Shown: piece by piece, positions 1-8,230 of the stretch
Numbering within the stretch: the first letter of the stretch is position 1
How the letters are laid out: each line of letters begins with the position of its first letter
From: a virus
Lineage: Duplodnaviria; Caudoviricetes
Virus record (IMG/VR): IMGVR_UViG_3300032328_000687
Location: 1-28,162 of that record
Direction: 5' to 3' (one strand)
DNA length: 28,162 bases
Notes under the pieces: model-generated
Database searches by the model: none
The model's input: only the letters and a program-made list of their open reading frames with translations
What the model was told of the DNA's origin: nothing
Made by a program: the position numbers and the translations under genes

Positions 1-568
1 CCAGGATATAGTTGCCGGTGACATTGCCAGTGGCCGATACCAATCCAGTGATGTATTGACCTGTGGTAGAAAATACTGCCACATTGCTGACAGTGTCCAC
101 AGTGATGGTTATATTGGAGTTGCCAGCAGGTATTTTTACATTGCTCAGTCCATTGGTTATAAAAGATCCAGAACTGGCCACAATGCCAGTTAGAGATGCA
201 CCATTTCCATAATAGTAATCAGCTGAAACATTGCCAGTCACACTAAGGCTTGCTAAGGTCAGCCCACCGGTGCCTACATAAATTGAGTTGAATCGTCGAG
301 TTGGACTGCCTAAATCATATACATTATCCAAACTGGGAGCAATAGTGGCATTGGCTTGTATTCGACCAATGCCGTTGGGTGCCAGTATCAGATTGCCATT
401 GGTATTGATAGTGCGGATGGTGTTGTTGGCGATGGCCACATTACTCAGCACCGGACCAGACGCAAAAATCTGATCAAAGTTTAAATTGGTATAGTTAAAC
501 GCAGTGCGTAACGGATCGCCTTGTCCGTCATCTGGTGTCGCGCCGATGTCAATGGTATATTGTGTCAT
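1..568 (-). CDS. Baseplate wedge/tail-fibre-connector-like protein (T4 gp9/gp10-type N-terminus), 3' end outside the window
   Basis: Not in the ORF track; translated by hand from ATG at 568: MTQYTIDIGATPDDGQGDPLRTAFNYTNLN. IGxxPDDGxGDPLRxAF is the typical gp9/gp10 N-terminal motif. A Gly/Asn/Thr-rich fibre-like sequence follows to the window edge. TAAATA upstream at 592..587. Confidence 0.75.
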   Translation of the reverse strand, partial: MTQYTIDIGATPDDGQGDPLRTAFNYTNLNFDQIFASGPVLSNVAIANNTIRTINTNGNLILAPNGIGRIQANATIAPSLDNVYDLGSPTRRFNSIYVGTGGLTLASLSVTGNVSADYYYGNGASLTGIVASSGSFITNGLSNVKIPAGNSNITITVDTVSNVAVFSTTGQYITGLVSATGNVTGNYIL

Positions 569-620
569 TTGTAGAGTCTCTGATTGTATTTACCAGACTC
601 TTATCAAAGGCGTTTCGGGC

Positions 621-1208
621 CTATAGCCCGTCGTTGGTATCTAACCGATGTCGGAACAATTTGATATCTATGGTATCAAAATTTCCAATGTTTTTGAACT
701 CTTTGATCTCGGCACTAGTGGGGCCGCAAACACGGATAAATTGTGTATTTGAAAAATCACCCACCATACTGGCTATCTGTCTTATCCAATTTCCTGTAAA
801 AGTAGGAGCAGCATCTGGTGCTTTGTAGAATTCCGTGCCAGCATACACATTGTTGAATCGATTACTAGGGCTAGGCGCCATGTCAAATCCCAACATATAG
901 ATACGATCGTGTCCATCCATGGCTGCAAGAGCACAGGCAATTGGGCCCGAACTGTTGCCGTGATACTTTCTAGGAACCACTTGAGCGCCAAAATCGGGCA
1001 ATGGTTTTCTTGTGTAGAATCTGTGTGTTTTGCTGTAACCTGAGCGTTGTATGGCTTCAGCAATGGGGCGATCTGTGGCCACTAGGCAGTCTGGTTCCCA
1101 ATCTCTATACAAGCCATTGCAGCCGTAGATGGGTCCTAACTGTTTGAGTTGAACTAGATCTATGCTGGATCGGCTTTGTCCATTGCCTAATACGAATGCT
1201 ACGGTCAT
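621..1208 (-). CDS. Conserved phage protein with a glycosyltransferase/MptE(MAF_flag10)-like Rossmann motif
   Basis: 195 aa; motifs AFVLGNGQSR, IYGCNGLYRD and IYMLGFD resemble sialyltransferase-like/MptE-like folds. Function uncertain. Confidence 0.5.
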   Translation of the reverse strand: MTVAFVLGNGQSRSSIDLVQLKQLGPIYGCNGLYRDWEPDCLVATDRPIAEAIQRSGYSKTHRFYTRKPLPDFGAQVVPRKYHGNSSGPIACALAAMDGHDRIYMLGFDMAPSPSNRFNNVYAGTEFYKAPDAAPTFTGNWIRQIASMVGDFSNTQFIRVCGPTSAEIKEFKNIGNFDTIDIKLFRHRLDTNDGL

Positions 1209-1241
1209 AAAAAATCCTCTCAGTATGTAGCTGAGAGGATT
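1209..1241 (-). terminator. Intrinsic terminator / RBS-sequestering hairpin
   Basis: Perfect 11-bp stem 1213-1223/1231-1241 with a 7-nt loop, followed on the minus strand by a U-run that abuts the ATG at 1208. Confidence 0.7.
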
Positions 1242-1256
1242 CAGAGGTGCTAAACT

Positions 1257-2084
1257 TTAAGAAGTAGCGTTGTTGATAACTGCCAGTGGAATGAATCCTG
1301 CTGGTGCTCCTGAAACAGATTCTGTAGCAGTATCTACTTCTATACCACTCTGTGCAACACCACCTTCGTCTGTGAAGAAGTTAGCCACATAGTAATTTTC
1401 ACTGGTGTATTCAACTTCGCCAAGGTTGGCATCACTGTAGTCTCCAGCAGTTCCGACCCAGTCACGAACCCACTTGTTCTTGAGATTGCTGGCTGTGGCT
1501 GCTGCACTGTCACCTGATTCGTAGCCAATGGCCATAAGACCTGTTGCTGGCGTGGTATCATTGGTCAACACACACACGCCAACTGGGTATGCAGTGCCGT
1601 TGCCGCCACCGCTGGCTGCTGTGGCTGTGAAAATATCGCCTGCTGCCACTGTGCCTGTTCCGGTGCCCACTGATTGCCAGTTGGTTGACCCAAGAGCAAC
1701 GATCTGATATGCTTGACCAACAATGAACGCACCATCAGCAGTGGTTCCGCCTGTGTATGCCACTAGATATTTGTGGCTGCCTTTTTGGCGTATGATGCGG
1801 CCTGCGTATGATCCAGCCAGAGCAAAAGTAGATGAACCATTGGCCAGTGTGATATTCACAAATGCTGTGACCACAGGGTATGTGGCACTGGGCTGGCTGG
1901 TAGGAGGCGATCCACCAACCACACCCAGGAATTGGGCTGAATCCAGCGTCTGTGTAGGCTCATTGTATGCTGGATTGGTAAGTGCGCTGAATGGTGGATA
2001 AGCAAGATCCACAGGTGTGTTTGCGCCAGGGCTACCAACGCCAGTATTTAAACTGAATTTCTGTATTTTTAGAGGACGTCCCAT
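1257..2084 (-). CDS. Putative virion structural protein (275 aa, MGRPLKIQK...)
   Basis: True start is probably ATG 2084, preceded by AAGGAG-N7; the ORF-track start at 2186 lies upstream of the promoter motif. Gly/Ala/Thr-rich; late-promoter motif upstream, terminator downstream. Confidence 0.6.
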   Translation of the reverse strand: MGRPLKIQKFSLNTGVGSPGANTPVDLAYPPFSALTNPAYNEPTQTLDSAQFLGVVGGSPPTSQPSATYPVVTAFVNITLANGSSTFALAGSYAGRIIRQKGSHKYLVAYTGGTTADGAFIVGQAYQIVALGSTNWQSVGTGTGTVAAGDIFTATAASGGGNGTAYPVGVCVLTNDTTPATGLMAIGYESGDSAAATASNLKNKWVRDWVGTAGDYSDANLGEVEYTSENYYVANFFTDEGGVAQSGIEVDTATESVSGAPAGFIPLAVINNATS

Positions 2085-2091
2085 TTGTTTT

Positions 2092-2165
2092 CTCCTTAAA
2101 AGAAGTCCGATGAAGGTTCTAGCTTCTACGCGGCGGGTTAAACCGCATAAGACGCAGTATTGCGT
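2092..2165 (-). promoter_or_regulatory. Structured 5' leader (candidate cis-regulatory RNA)
   Basis: Four consecutive hairpins between the TAAATA motif (2179..2174) and the start codon; the last hairpin occludes the SD. Confidence 0.5.
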
Positions 2166-2173
2166 ACATGACT

Positions 2174-2224
2174 TATTTATGGACAACCACTTATTTTGGG
2201 CTCACTGCCAAGTATTCGTAAATA
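2174..2224. promoter_or_regulatory. Divergent pair of T4-type late promoter motifs (TAAATA)
   Basis: TAAATA on minus at 2179..2174 and on plus at 2219-2224 (5 nt before ATG 2230). Matches the core of the T4 gp55 consensus TATAAATA. Confidence 0.6.
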
Positions 2225-2229
2225 TCCAT

Positions 2230-3381
2230 ATGAACACTGAACAACTACTTGTACAAGGCAATCAACATCGTGCCGATCATCAACCCCAACAGGCACTCGA
2301 GTGCTATGCACAAATATTTGGGCAAGACTTCAATCACGGTGCTGCATTCAACAACTACGGCAATGTGCTGAGAGAAATGGGCCATCCAGAACGAGCTATT
2401 CCGTTCCTACACGCAGCACATGATATTGATCCCACAAATGTCACTGCCGAGTTCAATCTAGCTGTTGCATACCTGCTCAAAGGAGATTATGAATCGGGGT
2501 GGAAATACTACGAAGCACGATGGCGTTATGAGCACATGGCCGGCATCAAACCATCTTTGCCCAAGCCAGAATGGACCGGGCAAGATCTCAAAGATAAAAC
2601 TATCTTGCTGGTAGGAGAACAAGGTCTTGGAGATCAGATTCAATTTTTGAGATTTGCGGCCAACTTACAATCGGCTGGTGCAAAAGTAAAATTAGTTCTC
2701 AGTGCCGGGGTCAAAGCATTGTTTCCTACACCAGCCGGTAGCATTGTTGGAATCTACGAGCCCGGCGAAGATCTCGGCGAGTTTGATTACTGGATTCCCA
2801 TGATGAGTGTTCCGCGTGTGATTGGATTAAAATTAGATAATCTTGCACATCAACTGCAATATGTGGCTGCTACTCCTGTGAAAGCACAAGAGTGGGCAGA
2901 TAGATTGGGCGCTAAAAAACGCATGAGAATTGGTATTTGTTGGGCAGGGCGTAAAGATTCCTGGATACACAATCACAAGGCCATGCCTGTGGAAAAGATG
3001 GCTGAACTCATACGACGCAATCCTGAACATCAATGGATCAATCTAACTGTGGATTCAACCGAAGAAGAATCTGCTATAATCACGGCTGCCGGTGGTGAAT
3101 GTTTTCCGGGCACTATTAACGATTTTGCAGACACAGCCGGACTCATGCATCACTTGGATCTTGTGATCTCTGTGGATACTGCCAATGCACACTTGGCAGG
3201 AGCCATGGGTCGTCCTGTTTGGATTCCGCTGAATGCGTATGGTAACTGCTGGCGCTGGTTGCTCAAGCGTGAAAATTCACCCTGGTATCCCAGTGCTAGA
3301 CTGTATCGTCAACCTGTGATGGGCGACTGGGACAGTGTGATCAACCGCATGCACAAATTCCTAGGTTTTTTTAAGATCTAA
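2230..3381 (+). CDS. TPR-repeat protein with C-terminal GT-B (GT9-like) glycosyltransferase domain
   Basis: Likely start MNTEQLL at 2230. TPR helices (AFNNYGNVLREMG, AEFNLAVAYLLKG), then EQGLGDQIQFLRF, IGICWAG, DLVISVDTANAHLAGAMGRP and SPWYPSARLYRQ, characteristic of TPR-glycosyltransferases. Confidence 0.85.
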   Translation: MNTEQLLVQGNQHRADHQPQQALECYAQIFGQDFNHGAAFNNYGNVLREMGHPERAIPFLHAAHDIDPTNVTAEFNLAVAYLLKGDYESGWKYYEARWRYEHMAGIKPSLPKPEWTGQDLKDKTILLVGEQGLGDQIQFLRFAANLQSAGAKVKLVLSAGVKALFPTPAGSIVGIYEPGEDLGEFDYWIPMMSVPRVIGLKLDNLAHQLQYVAATPVKAQEWADRLGAKKRMRIGICWAGRKDSWIHNHKAMPVEKMAELIRRNPEHQWINLTVDSTEEESAIITAAGGECFPGTINDFADTAGLMHHLDLVISVDTANAHLAGAMGRPVWIPLNAYGNCWRWLLKRENSPWYPSARLYRQPVMGDWDSVINRMHKFLGFFKI

Positions 3382-3385
3382 TCAC

Positions 3386-4153
3386 TTACGGAGTGTAAGG
3401 CTGTATACTAATTGATGGTCCAGTAGCTGAATAGGCTGCGCTACCAACTTCGGTCAGTGTTTGATTGCCTGTGAGATCAGTGTTGTTAGTTGGTGACTGT
3501 AAGAACAGTATGCCAGCAACATTGCCAAATGTTTGTGTGGGCATTGGAATAGTTGCGTCAGTTGTTGTGTACAAGTTGGTATTGGTCACCTGAATACCAC
3601 TGATATAGTCCGTGGCGCTGCTTCTACCAGCAGGTACAAATGCACCAATGCAATTGCTCAGGCCAGTGAGTGCCCATCCAGCAGTATCAACACTGCAATT
3701 GAATCTGCCCGAAGTGCTGGCCGCAGCCGAGGCGTCACCTGTTTTGCCTAGCCATAATTGCATGAATCCGCTGGCATCTCTAGACAATGCCACATAATAC
3801 CATGCACTGGCAATCAATGTTTGTGCTAGATTAAAGGATGTTGAAGTAGCACCATTGGAGTCCACTATGATTTGTGTTGTTGATTGAATATTGATAGTAA
3901 GTGCTTTGGCATAAGCAGGTGTTGCCGAAGTAGTATCAGTGGATAGTATTACTGGACCAAAATCAGAGCCCGGTGTATCGCCTGAATAGAACCATCCTTG
4001 TACTGTAAAAGGTGATTGATATGTGCTACTAAGCGTGATACCCGGGGTCAATGTGATACGGCTGCCGGTAGTTGGAAAATAGATACTGCCGGGTGTTGGA
4101 CCAGTTAATCCAGCTGCAACATTATTCATCAATGCCATCATTGCGCCTGACAT
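3386..4153 (-). CDS. Tail-fibre-associated protein, probable ConA-like lectin/LamG fold
   Basis: 255 aa; FTVQGWFY and WYYVALSR are LamG-like strands. Coupled to the fibre gene by a TAATG overlap at 4153. Confidence 0.55.
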   Translation of the reverse strand: MSGAMMALMNNVAAGLTGPTPGSIYFPTTGSRITLTPGITLSSTYQSPFTVQGWFYSGDTPGSDFGPVILSTDTTSATPAYAKALTINIQSTTQIIVDSNGATSTSFNLAQTLIASAWYYVALSRDASGFMQLWLGKTGDASAAASTSGRFNCSVDTAGWALTGLSNCIGAFVPAGRSSATDYISGIQVTNTNLYTTTDATIPMPTQTFGNVAGILFLQSPTNNTDLTGNQTLTEVGSAAYSATGPSISIQPYTP

Positions 4154-7100
4154 TATGAAACTCCAGTACCGTTGATCATCCAGATATTGGCTGCTACATT
4201 CATCAAGGTAGCCATGCCATATGTGGCCACTGTTCTGTTGCCAGCTGTGGCATTGCCAGCAAGATACAAGCTCACACCCGATCCTTGTGCTACAGTTATA
4301 TTACCTGTACCTCGGTTGACCAGACTGATGGCTGTGCCTACTGCCCAGGATACTGATGTATTGTTGGCTATGGTTAACACATTGGCTGTGCTTAGTGTGG
4401 AATAGTAGTGCTTACCAGCGTCTGTGGCTGCGATAGTAGCATTGCCAGCAAATGACACTTGTGGTATATTGAGATAGCCTATGGCGTAGTTAGATGATGT
4501 TATTGTGGCTGTGTTGCCTGTGATTGAGATGTTGCCACCTGTGATGTTACCTGCAACACTTATGACATTGCCATAAGTGACTTCTTTTGAGGTAGTGTTG
4601 TAGAACATGACTTGACCAGTGTTGGCCACATCATTTCTAATAGGTGCCACTGTGAATGTGTTGGCTGTGGTTTGATTCAGGTTGGCGCCAGTGGCGTTTA
4701 ATATGATTGAGTTGTTGCCTTGATTGGTTACACCGGCACTTGCGCCAATGGCCACTGCACTGTCGCCTTGTGTGCCTGCCCCAGCACTGGCTCCAATGGC
4801 TACTGCATTGATGCGTTGATTAACTGCACCTGCACCCGATCCAATGGCTACTGCTGCGTTGCCTTGGGCAGTTGATCCAGCGCCCGAGCCAATTGCTGTT
4901 GATTCTTGACCTTGTGTTGTCTGCCCGGCAGCTGGACCAACGGCTACTGAGAATTGCCCTTGTGCAGATGTTCCAGCGTATAAGCCAATGGCCACCGCTT
5001 GTAGGCCTTGTGTAGTATTGCCAGCAAGAGCACCAATGGCCACTGCTGATGTACCTTGAGTAGTTGACCCAGCACTTTGTCCAATGGCTACTGCACTGTC
5101 GCCTTGTGTGGAATTGCCAGCAAATACTCCAACTGCCACTGCCGCTTGACCTTGTGTGGCTTGGCCAGCACCATAACCAACTGCTGTTGCGCTATTGCCC
5201 TGTGAGGTATTGCCAGCAAGTTGACCAAATGCCACCGCCTCACCTGAGGTGTCTTTTATCACTGCACCGTTTGTAAGTGTGATCACGCCAGTGCTGACAT
5301 TGCCAGCAGTGATATTGCCTGCTACACTTATGACATTGCCATAAGTGACTTCTTTTGAGGTGGTGTTGTAGAACATGACTTGACCAGTGTTGGCCACATC
5401 ATTTCTAATAGGTGCCACTGTGAATGTGTTGGCTGTGGTTTGTTCTAAATTAGCGGCTGTGGCGTTTATGATAATTGAATTGTTGCCTTGTGAGGTTGCG
5501 CCTGCAAACGCACCAACTGCTACTGAATAGCCGCCTTGTGAAATTTGGCCAGCATTCCAGCCAACCGCTACCGAATAGCCACCTTGGCTGGTACTACCAG
5601 CATATGCACCAACCGCTGTAGCACGAGCACCTTGTGAGGTTTGCCCGGTTCCTTCACCAATGGCCACAGTGCGTATGCCTTGTGAAGTTTGTCCAGCCTG
5701 GTAACCAAGTGCCAAAGCACCTAATGTAACGCCTTCTTTGAGAGTAGCACCATTTGCCAATGTCAATATACCATCTGTGCCAAATGTCCAGGTATTAGCA
5801 CCTGCTGTCAACAACATACTTTCTGGAGCAGATATCAATCCTGAAGTAACATTGACGCCATCCTCGATTGTGACAAAAGTTGAATCATCACTGCGAATGC
5901 TGTTGATCACAAGATTGGTGGCATAGATATTGCCAGGAGCAGTTAGATCACCTTGGTTATCAAATACCCATTTATATGTTGTTGTTGATTGATTTCCTAC
6001 TTCAATAACCAGGTTACCTGGATACCCAGGTGCGCCACCATTTGCAACTATTTCAGCTGTATTTCCTGTGCCACTTCCTTCAAATTCAACCCATCCTAAC
6101 TTGATACCTGCGTTGCTGCCTGCGGACACTTTCAGATAACCTGTATTCTGACTGATCCTAGTATTTGCACCTTCGTCATCAATGTGCATACCAGTTGGAA
6201 ATGTAAGATTACCATTTGCTTCAAATATCCAAGTATGGATACCAGCAGAAATATCAAGATTACCCGGAGCAGATATCAATCCGGTATCAACACTCAATCC
6301 ATCTCTAATGGTCACAAAACTAGAATCATCACTACGAATACTGTTGATCACTAGATTGGTAGCGTCTAAGTTACCAGCAGTGATATTGCCAGTGGTTGAC
6401 ACCGGATTGGAACCCAAGGCAGCTAGATTAGCAACCACATTGGCATTGCCATAACTTGAAGCAATGCCAGTTAGTTGTGAGCCATTACCAACAAAATATC
6501 CAGCACTGATATTACCTGTGGTCGACACAACATTTGAACCAAATGCAGCCATGAAACTAGACACATTTGAATTTGAATAATTGACTCCGTATGGTACACC
6601 ATTGGCATAGTTGATGCTTGATGTGTTTGTTGGCAATGTTAGATTGCCAACATTGTTAAATGTCCAAATATTACCATTTGAAGTCACTCGTATGTTACCG
6701 GTGCCATTTCCACTGATACTCATCACTTGATTGGCATCACTGATGGACATGATGTCACCTGAGAACACAAAATTACCAATAGCAGCATTGCCACCACCTA
6801 TGAATGGTGCTCCATTGCCATAGAAATAACCATTGGTGCGGATACCTGGGGTCACAACATTGCTGTTGGTATATGTGAAATAAGGATCACTGGCAAAACT
6901 GTTAGCGCCTGAATTGTATTGTATCTCTCCTGTGTTACCTGACGGATAGTTGGTGTTACTGGTGACTTGATTGGTAGTGCTGAAGTTTTGTTCTTCAAGA
7001 TTGATAGTTACATTGGCCCCTTGGAACACACCAGTCTGACTTGTGGTGATCAAACTGTTCAATGCTGCTTGACCGTTTACTATAACAGATGTGGAGGCTG

Positions 7101-7209
7101 CCACTGTTGAAGGTCTTCCATTTGTAGTGGTTACTAATACTGTGGGCACAGCAGCAGCAGCGGCTTGATATGGTGATACTCCAGCAGGAAGTGTTTTAAT
7201 TGTGGCCAT
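4153..7209 (-). CDS. Tail fibre / adhesin with YadA-head-like 14-aa repeats
   Basis: 1018 aa, G/N/T/A-rich; many AVAIGxxAGxxxQG repeats, repeated WxFxxxGxLTxP units, and duplicated modules. TAAATA at 7235..7230. Confidence 0.8.
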   Translation of the reverse strand: MATIKTLPAGVSPYQAAAAAVPTVLVTTTNGRPSTVAASTSVIVNGQAALNSLITTSQTGVFQGANVTINLEEQNFSTTNQVTSNTNYPSGNTGEIQYNSGANSFASDPYFTYTNSNVVTPGIRTNGYFYGNGAPFIGGGNAAIGNFVFSGDIMSISDANQVMSISGNGTGNIRVTSNGNIWTFNNVGNLTLPTNTSSINYANGVPYGVNYSNSNVSSFMAAFGSNVVSTTGNISAGYFVGNGSQLTGIASSYGNANVVANLAALGSNPVSTTGNITAGNLDATNLVINSIRSDDSSFVTIRDGLSVDTGLISAPGNLDISAGIHTWIFEANGNLTFPTGMHIDDEGANTRISQNTGYLKVSAGSNAGIKLGWVEFEGSGTGNTAEIVANGGAPGYPGNLVIEVGNQSTTTYKWVFDNQGDLTAPGNIYATNLVINSIRSDDSTFVTIEDGVNVTSGLISAPESMLLTAGANTWTFGTDGILTLANGATLKEGVTLGALALGYQAGQTSQGIRTVAIGEGTGQTSQGARATAVGAYAGSTSQGGYSVAVGWNAGQISQGGYSVAVGAFAGATSQGNNSIIINATAANLEQTTANTFTVAPIRNDVANTGQVMFYNTTSKEVTYGNVISVAGNITAGNVSTGVITLTNGAVIKDTSGEAVAFGQLAGNTSQGNSATAVGYGAGQATQGQAAVAVGVFAGNSTQGDSAVAIGQSAGSTTQGTSAVAIGALAGNTTQGLQAVAIGLYAGTSAQGQFSVAVGPAAGQTTQGQESTAIGSGAGSTAQGNAAVAIGSGAGAVNQRINAVAIGASAGAGTQGDSAVAIGASAGVTNQGNNSIILNATGANLNQTTANTFTVAPIRNDVANTGQVMFYNTTSKEVTYGNVISVAGNITGGNISITGNTATITSSNYAIGYLNIPQVSFAGNATIAATDAGKHYYSTLSTANVLTIANNTSVSWAVGTAISLVNRGTGNITVAQGSGVSLYLAGNATAGNRTVATYGMATLMNVAANIWMINGTGVS
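4556..4674. repeat. 119-bp direct repeat, copy 1 (within tail fibre)
   Basis: Identical to 5324-5442 except one base (A4594 vs G5362); offset 768 bp = 256 codons. Confidence 0.9.
5324..5442. repeat. 119-bp direct repeat, copy 2 (within tail fibre)
   Basis: Encodes QTTANTFTVAPIRNDVANTGQVMFYNTTSKEVTYGNVIS in both copies. Confidence 0.9.
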
Positions 7210-7255
7210 GGTTTGAGTTCCCTTTGGCTTATTTACCGAATTTTATTGTAAAATG

Positions 7256-8137
7256 TTATTGCCGTTTTATCTCCATATAATATAAAAACGGATAAGATTT
7301 TTCTCTAAACACCCTGGTTATTTTTAGTTCCGCGGCATTGATAAATTGCTCAAAATCTGAAGCATCACTTCTTTCTACATTTTTTTGTAACAAGATAACC
7401 CCGTCATCAGCGAGGTATTTGCCAATGTTGGCAAAAAATTCTTGATGTATTTTTAGTCCAGGATCTAGTCCTAATCTGATATTATCTGCCGAGTACGCAT
7501 TGACTGCATATTTTTTTAATTGTACCACTGGAGGTCGACCTACTACCAGATCAAATTTTTTATCAGTAGTCATTCTAGCAATAGTATAGGATTGTACAAT
7601 ATCAACACAATCTTGAAAATGTGCAGGCATCTTACTCATGGTAAATTTACATGCTTCAACCGCAGGTGGATAACAATCCATCTGAGTCACATGTTCGCAT
7701 ATGTCATCTGCTAGAAATCTAAATCCAATAAATCCGGCTCCACCACACCAATTCAAACAGTTTTTAAATTTAACACCAGGGTACAGGTATTTTATCACTC
7801 GAGGATATTCTTGTGCTGTTCCTGTACCACCACTAAGCATGTTTTCGCTGTAGTATACATAAAAATCTTTGCCTACTAGAAATTTCTGATCAAGAACACA
7901 ATCACTTGATACAAAATGATTTCCTTGATCTAAAAATTGTTGCTGATAATTGGTAAGATCTTCTATATCTTGAGATTCAAGGCAAACATAACTACGCCCA
8001 TTATGCAATTCAATTATCTCTCGTTGTATCAAGTACGGCAGTTTCCAAAATTCATATTCATTGCAACATTCAGGCCAACTTGGATCTTTTATGTTGTTGT
8101 AAAAATTTATCCACCGATTAAGTGAGTCATCAAGCAT
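7256..8137 (-). CDS. Class I SAM-dependent methyltransferase (HemK/MTS-like) with an N-terminal extra domain
   Basis: Motif I LNWCGGAGFIG, acidic residue in QMDCYPPAV, and DLVVGRPP (NPP-like). Probable start ATG 8137 (MLDDSL), 4 nt after TAAGTA. AT-rich compared with the capsid gene. Confidence 0.7.
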   Translation of the reverse strand: MLDDSLNRWINFYNNIKDPSWPECCNEYEFWKLPYLIQREIIELHNGRSYVCLESQDIEDLTNYQQQFLDQGNHFVSSDCVLDQKFLVGKDFYVYYSENMLSGGTGTAQEYPRVIKYLYPGVKFKNCLNWCGGAGFIGFRFLADDICEHVTQMDCYPPAVEACKFTMSKMPAHFQDCVDIVQSYTIARMTTDKKFDLVVGRPPVVQLKKYAVNAYSADNIRLGLDPGLKIHQEFFANIGKYLADDGVILLQKNVERSDASDFEQFINAAELKITRVFREKSYPFLYYMEIKRQ

Positions 8138-8165
8138 GTTGTACTTATTGACCAATATTTTAACC

Positions 8166-8196
8166 AACAAAAAAGGGCCTTTCGGCCCTTTTTGTT
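8166..8196 (-). terminator. Rho-independent terminator after the major capsid gene
   Basis: Minus strand AAAAAGGGCC-GAAA-GGCCCUUUUUU; symmetric, so potentially bidirectional. Confidence 0.9.
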
Positions 8197-8230
8197 CCTT
8201 CCCATCCCTGAGAAAGTTGTGGTTCTCTGA

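Noticed and set aside
2111-2130. Plus-strand GAAGGTTCTAGCT resembles the preQ1-I riboswitch start (AGAGGUUCUAGC)
   Set aside because: The 5-bp P1 and the 3' A-rich tail are absent, and neighbouring G-U pairing favours the minus strand.
2017-2229. ORF-track N-terminal extensions (2017 on +, 2186 on -; likewise 8170, 12645 and 17106)
   Set aside because: They overlap opposite genes, promoters or a terminator. Internal starts at 2230, 2084, 8137 and 12390, and the frameshift at 17151, are better supported.
4556-5442. Template/variable repeat of a diversity-generating retroelement
   Set aside because: Both copies are in frame inside one gene with a single mismatch, and there is no reverse transcriptase in the window.
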